Positions 56,670 through 64,000 of a stretch of DNA of 64,000 nt are shown here, in pieces. Position 1 is the stretch's first letter, and every line of letters begins with the position of its first letter. Position numbers and translations under genes: made by a program. Source of the DNA: Candidatus Kerfeldbacteria bacterium (GTDB lineage Bacteria; Patescibacteriota; Patescibacteriia; SBBC01; CAIJZX01); contig CAVSWO010000002.1 of the NCBI GenBank assembly GCA_963731735.1, positions 270,106 to 334,105 of the forward strand. The letters run 5' to 3'. Under the pieces are notes generated by a model, which worked only from the letters and a program-made list of their open reading frames with translations, was not told where the DNA came from and did not search any database.

Positions 56670-57358
56670 GCGCCCTGGAAGAACTTCAATCCGTCCTCGA
56701 ACACACGTTCGCCAATCCCGATTTATTGCGGCAGGCGCTGGTCCATCGTTCCTACATAAATGAGCATCCGGATTTTGCGCTGGGACACAATGAGCGTCTG
56801 GAATATCTCGGCGACGCCGTGCTCGAACTGGTGGTCAGCGACTACCTCTATCATCATTTTCCAAATCCTGAGGGTGATTTAACCAATTGGCGGGCGAGTT
56901 TGGTCAATGCGAAAAGTTTATCCGGGGTGGCCAAAGCCATCGATATGGACCAATGGTTGATGTTGAGTCGGGGTGAGGCCAAAGAAAAAAATTCCAAAGC
57001 CCGACAGAATATTCACGCTAATGCGGTTGAGGCCATCATCGGCGCGCTCTATCTTGATGGCGGCATCAAGCCGGCCGAAACATTCATCGCCAAACATATC
57101 TTGAGCAAGTTGGAGGAAATTTTGGACAAGCAGCTGTATGTTGATCCGAAAAGCAAATTCCAGGAGATGAGTCAGGCCGCCCTGGGCATTACGCCGAGTT
57201 ATAAAGTCTTACGCGAATGGGGGCCTGATCATGATAAGCATTTTTTGATGGGCGTCTACGTGGGTGAGGATGAAGTTGCAACCGGTGAAGGCGCCTCCAA
57301 ACAAGAAGCACAAGTCAGTGCTGCCCTGAATGGGCTGAAGGCCCGGGGCTGGGTTTAA
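56666..57358 (+). CDS. rnc: ribonuclease III
   Basis: RNase III signature [20 protein letters not shown] and a C-terminal dsRBD. Confidence 0.9.
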   Translation: MSALEELQSVLEHTFANPDLLRQALVHRSYINEHPDFALGHNERLEYLGDAVLELVVSDYLYHHFPNPEGDLTNWRASLVNAKSLSGVAKAIDMDQWLMLSRGEAKEKNSKARQNIHANAVEAIIGALYLDGGIKPAETFIAKHILSKLEEILDKQLYVDPKSKFQEMSQAALGITPSYKVLREWGPDHDKHFLMGVYVGEDEVATGEGASKQEAQVSAALNGLKARGWV

Positions 57359-57362
57359 GCAC

Positions 57363-57857
57363 ATGGGCATTGAGCAGCTTTCTACCATCGTCAGCGGTAT
57401 ATTAATCATTGGCGGGTTAATCGCCATTGCCTTGCCGTTTGCGCCTTCGATTCCCAGCATTTGGTTCGGGATTTTTTTGTATGGTATCAGCCGCGGCTTC
57501 ACCGAGGTCGACTCGCAATTCATGGTTATGATTACCGGCATCGCGATTGCCACCTTGGTACTTGATTACACGCTGAGTCGCAGCGGCGTCCAACGGCTGA
57601 CGGCTGGGCCCTGGGGGGTGTTCGGAGCGGTGGTCGGAGGATTGGTCGGCGCGTTGTTTAATCCCATTATGACCTATGTGGTCGGGCCAATTTTGGGCGG
57701 TATCGTTTTTGAAATGCTGCGCGGCCGTGATCGAGTATTCAGTTATCAGTCCGGAAAATACACGATTGTAGCCTTCATGGGCGGAACTATAGTAAAATTA
57801 GTGGCGTCTATTATCATGATTGGCTTGTTCGTCCTTCGACTTCAGGGACGGGTGTAA
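57363..57857 (+). CDS. DUF456-family membrane protein
   Basis: Four-TM glycine-rich pattern. Confidence 0.55.
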   Translation: MGIEQLSTIVSGILIIGGLIAIALPFAPSIPSIWFGIFLYGISRGFTEVDSQFMVMITGIAIATLVLDYTLSRSGVQRLTAGPWGVFGAVVGGLVGALFNPIMTYVVGPILGGIVFEMLRGRDRVFSYQSGKYTIVAFMGGTIVKLVASIIMIGLFVLRLQGRV

Positions 57858-57866
57858 TTCTTCTCT

Positions 57867-60506
57867 ATGTATCTCGCGCGCCTCGCAATTCAAGGGTTTA
57901 AATCGTTCGCCCATAACGCGCAACTTGATTTCCAAGCTGGCATTACGGCCATTGTCGGGCCAAACGGTTCCGGCAAATCAAATGTGGCGGAAGCCATTCG
58001 CTGGGCCCTGGGCGAACAAAGCGCCAAAGCCGTCCGCGCCAAGCGGAGTGATGATGTGATTTTCGCCGGTTCGGATAAAAAATCCCGGCTGGGGGTAGCC
58101 GAAGTCGCCCTGCATTTGAATAATGAGGATCAGCGCGCGCCAGTACCGTACAGCGAATTGGTGCTCACCCGCCGCGTCTATCGAGACGGAGAGGGTGAAT
58201 ACCTGATCAATCATCAACCGTCTCGACTCCAGGATATTCAGCTCCTGCTGGCCCAGGCCAACTTTGGCCAACGCACGTATTCGGTCATCGGCCAGGGCAT
58301 GATCGATTCTTTTTTGCTTTCGAGTCCGCAAGAACGGAAGCATCTATTTGATGAGGCGGCCGGGGTCCGTCAATTCCAGCTCAAGAAGGAGCAGGCGATC
58401 TCAAAGCTCTCACACGCCAAGGAAAACCTGGCACAAGGTGAAGCAGTGATGGCCGAGATTGAACCGCGCCTTCGAAGTTTGACGCGACAAGTCAAACGTC
58501 TCGAACGGCGTGAAGAGGTTGAAAAAGAGCTTCAGGAAAAGCAACGCCTAGCGTTTGGATTACAATGGCAAACGCTTGACCATGAATTGCAAACGCTCCG
58601 TGATCAATTTACCGCCAGCGAAAAGCGTCGCCAAGAAATTGAGCATGAAACCCAAGCCATTCAAACCGAGTTAGAGACGATCGAACGTGAGCGTACGGGC
58701 TCCGAGGTTTTCGCGGAATTGCAGCAACGGTACAATAAAATTTTGGATCAAAAAAATGCCCAGGTGCAGGAACAGTCCGTCATCAAGGGAAAGCTGGAGT
58801 TAGCTATGAATGCGGCCGGTCAAGGCCAGACCGCCTTTCACCACCAACGCCTGCAGGAAATTAAACGCGGCTTGGGTCAGGTGATCGATGAGCTTGAACA
58901 GGTTACCCAAACCGAACACCGGGCCAGTGCCCAACTCCAACGCGAGCAAGAAGCAAAGCACCAATTGGACGAAGCTTTTCAGGGGCTGGAGGCCAAGCTG
59001 GCCGACATCAAGACGCCCCAGCCGGAAGTACTCAAGCGCCTCGGCCAGCGTTTTTCCGAATGGCACGAACGCCTGCAAGAATTACGCGAAGCCTTGGCGA
59101 TTGATCAGCCCGACTTGGAAGACGTCCGGCGGTCGGCCGCGCGCCTGGAAGATGAGGTCGAGGAGCTAGCCGGAGATATTGAACAGTTGCAGCCGGAAGG
59201 TTTGGATGTAGTTGGTTTTCAAAAATCATTGATACAACTCAGCCAGCAACAGCAACAGGCGGTTGAACGCGTGGCGGCCAGTCAGGCCGAACTCCAGCGC
59301 GCCCTTGATCAACGGCAGCGTCTTGAAGCCGACCAACACCGGCAACAAGCCGAGCTGGAAAAACTCGAACAGGAAGCTTCGCTGGATGAATTGGCAAAAA
59401 CAAATCCGGATGAAGCCTATGCGGCCTTAGCCAATCAAGCCAAGGTCATTGAAAAAAATATTTCTGACTTGGACCAGGCACTGGCCGAGGCCCGGAATCA
59501 GATAAATAATTTCAATTCCCAGGAAACGACCAAGAAGGATCGATTGTTTACTCTCCAAAAGTCGTTTCGGGATGCGCAACGCCAGCTCAATCTGGCCACC
59601 AGCAGCGCCAATGATTTACGGGTCGAGTTGGCCAAGGTTGAACAACGGGGCGAGGATTTAAAACGGGAGATTACTCAGGCTATGGGTGCCGAGGGGGTGG
59701 CAATGGTGACCATGGCGGCCAAAGAACAGCTGGCTGGCGATCCGGTCATGCTGGCTGAAGACATCGGGCACCTGCGGCGGCAGTTACAACTGATCGGCGG
59801 CATCGATGATCAAACCACTCACGAATATAAAGAGACGCAGGAGCGCTGGGATTTCTTGAGTAACCAGGCCGATGATTTGCGTCGGGCGATTCAATCGCTT
59901 GAGTCCGCCATCCACGATCTCGAGTCAACGATCAAACAGCGTTTTGATAAAGCCTTCAAAAAAATCAATCAAGAGTTTCACCAGTACTTCCGAACGCTGT
60001 TCAGCGGCGGTAAGGCGGAACTGGTGCTGCTGCAAGAAGTTGTGCAGCCTGAATCGGCTGATCAAGATGATCAGGACGAGGATGATGAAGAAGAACCGGT
60101 GTCCGCCCGCTCAGCTCACGCCGGCGAAAAGGTGATTACCGGAATTGAAATTCGGGCTACCCCGCCCGGGAAAAAGCTCCAAAGCATTGCGATGCTGTCC
60201 GGCGGTGAAAAGGCCTTAACCTCGATTGCGCTCCTGTGCGCAATAATATCCAACAATCCGTCGCCGTTTGTGGTGCTGGATGAGGTCGACGCGGCGTTAG
60301 ACGAGGCCAACAGCCAGCGCTTTGCGGCCATTCTCGAGCACTTGGCCAAGAAAACCCAGTTTATCGTCATCACCCACAACCGAGCCACCATGGAAAAGGC
60401 AAAAATCCTCTACGGCGTAACCATGGGTGATGATGGCGCATCGCAGGTCCTGTCGGTCAAAATGGAAGACGCGGAAGCCATTATCCAGCAGCACGGGAAT
60501 CGGTAG
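57867..60506 (+). CDS. smc: SMC-family chromosome segregation ATPase, short form (879 aa)
   Basis: N-terminal Walker A GPNGSGKSN with the SMC N-terminal head, a long coiled coil, a C-terminal signature LSGGEKALTSIALL and Walker B VLDEVDAALD. No canonical hinge motif was seen. Confidence 0.7.
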   Translation: MYLARLAIQGFKSFAHNAQLDFQAGITAIVGPNGSGKSNVAEAIRWALGEQSAKAVRAKRSDDVIFAGSDKKSRLGVAEVALHLNNEDQRAPVPYSELVLTRRVYRDGEGEYLINHQPSRLQDIQLLLAQANFGQRTYSVIGQGMIDSFLLSSPQERKHLFDEAAGVRQFQLKKEQAISKLSHAKENLAQGEAVMAEIEPRLRSLTRQVKRLERREEVEKELQEKQRLAFGLQWQTLDHELQTLRDQFTASEKRRQEIEHETQAIQTELETIERERTGSEVFAELQQRYNKILDQKNAQVQEQSVIKGKLELAMNAAGQGQTAFHHQRLQEIKRGLGQVIDELEQVTQTEHRASAQLQREQEAKHQLDEAFQGLEAKLADIKTPQPEVLKRLGQRFSEWHERLQELREALAIDQPDLEDVRRSAARLEDEVEELAGDIEQLQPEGLDVVGFQKSLIQLSQQQQQAVERVAASQAELQRALDQRQRLEADQHRQQAELEKLEQEASLDELAKTNPDEAYAALANQAKVIEKNISDLDQALAEARNQINNFNSQETTKKDRLFTLQKSFRDAQRQLNLATSSANDLRVELAKVEQRGEDLKREITQAMGAEGVAMVTMAAKEQLAGDPVMLAEDIGHLRRQLQLIGGIDDQTTHEYKETQERWDFLSNQADDLRRAIQSLESAIHDLESTIKQRFDKAFKKINQEFHQYFRTLFSGGKAELVLLQEVVQPESADQDDQDEDDEEEPVSARSAHAGEKVITGIEIRATPPGKKLQSIAMLSGGEKALTSIALLCAIISNNPSPFVVLDEVDAALDEANSQRFAAILEHLAKKTQFIVITHNRATMEKAKILYGVTMGDDGASQVLSVKMEDAEAIIQQHGNR

Positions 60507-60546
60507 ATCCCTCAGGGTGCCACAACTCTCAGTATTGCGGTTGCGC

Positions 60547-61821
60547 CTATTTTTGATTGCCTGCGACTGGAGCAACCGGCGCAGCCGCATCATTGCCGGT
60601 TTTTCCCGGTATCGGATCGTCGTCTTCCGTCTCACCGGCAGTAACGCGCAAGACTTCTTCAACGCTGGTCACCCCTTTGCGGGCCTTGAGTATGCCATCT
60701 TCGCGCAAGGTGCGCATTTTCAACGTTTGGGTAGCGTAGGTATGAATATCCAGATAGCTGGCTCCGTCGGTAATCATTTCGCGGATTTTTTTATCGGGTA
60801 CGAGGAGCTCAAAAATTCCGGTTCGGCCAAGGTATCCGGTATAGCCGCAAACTTCACAGCCGACTCCTTTCTTGAGACGGACCGTTTCGCTGACCGGAAT
60901 GCCGAGTTGTTGCTTGAGCGGAATTGAGGCTTCATATTCTTCGGCGCAAGTCGTGCACAGAACCCGAATCAAGCGCTGCGCCATGACACCAATCGTAGCC
61001 GAGCCAATCAGCACTCGCTCAACGCCCATATCAACCAGTCGGGTAATGGCGCCAACCGAGTCGTTGGTGTGGAGTGTCGTTAAAACCAAATGCCCGGTTA
61101 AGGCCGCTCGTACGGAGATGCTGGCGGTTTCGGTATCACGGACTTCGCCGAGTAGGATAATGTCCGGGTCTTGGCGCAGTAGTGATCGGAGGCCGGCCGC
61201 AAAGTCTAGTCCTGCGTCTGGATCGACCTGCGTTTGGCGAATGAGGGGAAGTTGGTATTCAATCGGATCTTCCAGGGTCACGATATCCTTATCGGCGGTG
61301 TTGATCGTATTCAGCGTCGCGTACAGGGTGGTCGTTTTTCCGGAACCATTCGGGCCGGTCACAAACATGATGCCGTAGGGTTGATGGATAAGCTGATTAT
61401 ACTGCTCTAAAATATCCGGCTCGAATCCGAGCGAAGGGAGACCAAGCAAAATGTTGGTTTTGTTCAAAATTCGCAAGGTCACGTTCTCGCCGTAGATGGT
61501 CGGGAAAATTGATACTCGAATGTCGAGCTGTTTATTGTCGGTTTCGATTTGGAAACGCCCGTCCTGGGGTTTGCGACGTTCGGCAATGTTGAGATTCGAC
61601 AGGACTTTAATTCGGGCTACCAACGGTTCGTGCAAACTAATCGGGTGAGTTTCCACTTCACGCAATACCCCGTCAATCCGGAATCGAATGCGGATTAAAT
61701 CATTCTCCGGCTCGATATGGATGTCCGAAGCATTATTCAAAACCGCCAAACGAATCAGGTTGGTAACCAGCTTGACGATGATGCCTTCGGAGGACTCTGT
61801 CTGTTCGTTTTTCTTGGCCAT
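60547..61821 (-). CDS. GspE/PilB-family type II secretion / type IV pilus assembly ATPase
   Basis: Walker A GPNGSGKTTTLYA, Asp box, Walker B ILLGEVRD, His box and the tetracysteine motif CTTC...CEVCGYTG. Confidence 0.85.
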   Translation of the reverse strand: MAKKNEQTESSEGIIVKLVTNLIRLAVLNNASDIHIEPENDLIRIRFRIDGVLREVETHPISLHEPLVARIKVLSNLNIAERRKPQDGRFQIETDNKQLDIRVSIFPTIYGENVTLRILNKTNILLGLPSLGFEPDILEQYNQLIHQPYGIMFVTGPNGSGKTTTLYATLNTINTADKDIVTLEDPIEYQLPLIRQTQVDPDAGLDFAAGLRSLLRQDPDIILLGEVRDTETASISVRAALTGHLVLTTLHTNDSVGAITRLVDMGVERVLIGSATIGVMAQRLIRVLCTTCAEEYEASIPLKQQLGIPVSETVRLKKGVGCEVCGYTGYLGRTGIFELLVPDKKIREMITDGASYLDIHTYATQTLKMRTLREDGILKARKGVTSVEEVLRVTAGETEDDDPIPGKTGNDAAAPVAPVAGNQK

Positions 61822-61962
61822 GTTTGCCGCTTCAGTATACCAGGTTTGCTGGCGGCTCACCACTCTATTTTTCACCTCAGGGTAGCAGTCAGGCCGAGGT
61901 CCGGATATTTGACACGGTCACCTGTCCGTGGTACCGTGGCCGAGCTAATATATTTCACGCTT

Positions 61963-62364
61963 ATGGTTGTTATTCGTCTCGCTCGCTTCGGCAAGAAAAG
62001 CCATCCGACCTTCCGGGTCATTGTTTCCGATAAACAGAAAGACACGAAAGGAACCTATCTGGAACAGCTCGGAACCTATAATCCACACACCCAGCCAGCC
62101 GCTTTGGATCTGAAGGAAGATCGCGTCAAGTACTGGTTGTCCGTTGGTGCTCAGCCATCCGATACCGTTCATAACTTGCTGGTAGAAAAAGGCTTGATCC
62201 AGGCTGACAAGCGCGTGATTGTTAAAGCGAAACCGGCGGCACCTGCCGAAGGTGAGGCCGCGCCAGCGTCAGAAACCCCGACGCCGGCCGAGCCAAAAGC
62301 TGAAACTTCCGCGCCGGAAGCGTCGCCGGAAAAGGCGGCCGTTGAATCCGAGAAATCGGCTTAA
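61963..62364 (+). CDS. rpsP: 30S ribosomal protein S16 with an A/P/E-rich C-terminal extension
   Basis: MVVIRLARFGKKSHPTFRVIVSDKQKDTKGTYLEQLGTYNP is the S16 signature. Confidence 0.9.
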   Translation: MVVIRLARFGKKSHPTFRVIVSDKQKDTKGTYLEQLGTYNPHTQPAALDLKEDRVKYWLSVGAQPSDTVHNLLVEKGLIQADKRVIVKAKPAAPAEGEAAPASETPTPAEPKAETSAPEASPEKAAVESEKSA

Positions 62365-62532
62365 CCTCAATTCCACTCCAACCCGCCGAGCCTGGCTTCG
62401 GCGGGTTGCTTGTTGGGCGGAAAACTAGAGTTGACACCGCTAATAGCAATGCTATGCTAGCGGCGTACCGCAATTGATCGACTTCCCTTGTCGAGTTGTC
62501 CGATCGAGCGGGATCATTCACAAAGAAACGTT

Positions 62533-62871
62533 ATGGAGAACGATCAAGCATTTGTTGAATACGTTGTGAAAGCCATGGTCGATCGGCCGGAAGACGTCTC
62601 AACGGACCGAACGGTTGACGAAATGGGCGTGCTGATCACCCTCAAGGTGAATCCGCAAGACCTCGGCCAAATCATCGGCCGCCAAGGCCAAACGGCCAAA
62701 GCGCTCCGGACCTTGCTCCGCGTTGTCGGTGCCAAGCACCACGCGCGAGTCAACCTCAAGATTTACGAACCGGAAGGGTATCGTAAGCACGGTGGAGATC
62801 GACCGATGGAACAGCCCCAGGCAGAAGCCCCGGCTGAAAACATTCCGGACGCCGACGAGCTGAAGATCTAA
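62533..62871 (+). CDS. KH-domain RNA-binding protein (KhpA-like, UPF0109)
   Basis: GQIIGRQGQTAKALRTLL is the KH GXXG core. It sits between rpsP and trmD. Confidence 0.75.
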   Translation: MENDQAFVEYVVKAMVDRPEDVSTDRTVDEMGVLITLKVNPQDLGQIIGRQGQTAKALRTLLRVVGAKHHARVNLKIYEPEGYRKHGGDRPMEQPQAEAPAENIPDADELKI

Positions 62872-62996
62872 ACTCGAATTCAAATCCATTAACCATGTCA
62901 TTCGCGAATGACATGGTTTTTGGTATACTGCTGGCATGCGTTTCGACTTCTCCGGCGAAGCCGGATCCGGCTTCGCCGGGCTTACACTGATATACA

Positions 62997-63644
62997 ATGG
63001 TGCGTTTTGATTTCTTAACAATATTTCCAGAAATATTTACCTCGTATCTCAACGAGAGTATTTTGCGGCGAGCGCAAAAAAAGAAAAAAGTGTCTTTTTA
63101 TTTCCATGACCTCCGAGATTTTACCACTGACAAACATCGCACCGTTGATGACCGAACATATGGCGGCGGGGTGGGTATGCTTATGAAGGTAGAACCAATC
63201 TTTACAGCGCTAAAAGCGCTTCCAAAAAATAAACGGCGCCGGGTGCTGTTAATGTCGGCCAAGGGGAAGACCTTTACGCAGGCAGATGCCAAACGACTCT
63301 CGAAATATACACAGATGGTAATTGTTTGTCCGCGCTACGAAGGGGTTGACGAACGGGTATTGAACTATGTCGATGAAGAGGTTTCGATTGGGAACTACGT
63401 GCTGACCGGCGGGGAATTGCCAGCCATGGTGGTGGCCGATGCGATTACCCGATTACTCCCGGGCGTCCTGGGAAAAGACGAATCGTCGGTGGATGAATCG
63501 CATACACAAGCTGGGGTAGTTGAGTATCCGCAATATACGCGGCCGGAAGTCTTCAAGCACAAGCGTGTCCCGAAAGATTTGCTTAGTGGTAACCATAAAA
63601 ACATCGCCACCTGGCGAAAAAGAATGAAACGTTATCGATCATGA
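62997..63644 (+). CDS. trmD: tRNA (guanine37-N1)-methyltransferase
   Basis: MVRFDFLTIFPEIF start, the SPOUT knot region VLTGGELPAMVVADAITRLLPGVLG and about 215 aa. Confidence 0.9.
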   Translation: MVRFDFLTIFPEIFTSYLNESILRRAQKKKKVSFYFHDLRDFTTDKHRTVDDRTYGGGVGMLMKVEPIFTALKALPKNKRRRVLLMSAKGKTFTQADAKRLSKYTQMVIVCPRYEGVDERVLNYVDEEVSIGNYVLTGGELPAMVVADAITRLLPGVLGKDESSVDESHTQAGVVEYPQYTRPEVFKHKRVPKDLLSGNHKNIATWRKRMKRYRS

Positions 63645-64000
63645 ATACAGAAATTGAAGCTAAATGGCTCGACATTGATTCAAAAAAATTTCGTGAAAAA
63701 TTAAACGAAGTTGGCGCCACTCTTGTCCATGCAGAAGTTTTAATGCGAAGAAAGAACTTTGATTATCCGGATAAGAGGCTAATGAAAGTTGGTGGGTGGA
63801 TACGTGTTCGAGATGAAGGTGATAAAATAACACTAAGCTATAAACAGCTTAATGACCGTTCTTTGCATGGCACTCAAGAGGTTGAAGTGACCGTTGATAA
63901 TTTCAATCGTACTTGCGAGCTACTCACTGATATAGGACTTGAGGCCTATACCTATCAGGAAACGAAGCGAGAGTCTTGGGAGTTGAGCGGCGCGGATATT
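63641..64000 (+). CDS. CYTH-domain (triphosphate tunnel metalloenzyme) protein, 3' truncated by the window edge
   Basis: EIEAKWL N-terminal motif (EXEXK) with an ATGA overlap with trmD. It runs off the window. Confidence 0.5.
   Translation, partial: MNTEIEAKWLDIDSKKFREKLNEVGATLVHAEVLMRRKNFDYPDKRLMKVGGWIRVRDEGDKITLSYKQLNDRSLHGTQEVEVTVDNFNRTCELLTDIGLEAYTYQETKRESWELSGADI

Noticed and set aside
1-64000. Searched for transposases, IS elements, group II introns (including attC-targeting IIC introns) and toxin-antitoxin pairs.
   Set aside because: No DDE or HUH transposase or reverse-transcriptase-like ORFs were recognised. The integron integrase is the only recombinase seen.

Overview
This is a 64-kb chromosomal window from a roughly 55-58% GC bacterium with compact, often overlapping genes. 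Core genes are rnhB, gdhA, trxB/trxA, infB-rbfA, nrnA-clpP, rny-ymdB-hup, rplS, ftsH, rpsA, gyrA, rpmF-nusB-rnc, smc, rpsP-trmD and 12 tRNAs. A sortase-E-type LAXTG surface protein, a DsbA-VKOR pair and rbfA-nrnA synteny suggest an actinobacteria-like or related lineage. The dominant feature is a sedentary chromosomal integron inserted between rbfA and nrnA. It comprises a divergent IntI-like tyrosine recombinase (11305-12126, minus), an attI with crossover core GTTGTAC, and about 13 AT-rich gene cassettes (12.2-22.5 kb) separated by a homogeneous family of attC sites (AAC-AGCGCG-...-CGCGCAAAC-GTT, 57-173 bp). At every junction the inverse core of one attC is the exact reverse complement of the GTTRRRY core of the preceding attC, which is the signature of integrase-mediated cassette insertion. 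Two of these attC sites are 336 and 749 bp long and carry a complete ORF inside the palindrome. The integrase lacks the IntI-specific additional domain. An exact copy of the attI sequence plus a second, integrase-less cassette cluster lies downstream of gyrA (52.1-55.4 kb). Other notable items are two CsoR-family repressors with C-tract/G-tract palindromic operators. One precedes trxA-trxB-gdhA; the other heads a 2-hydroxyacid DH-YHS-DsbA-VKOR-DoxX-PAP2 cluster. There is a tRNA-Ile with a UAU anticodon, a tandem 185-bp repeat carrying partial tRNA-Lys copies, a rearranged tRNA-Val locus and a candidate 6S-like ncRNA.
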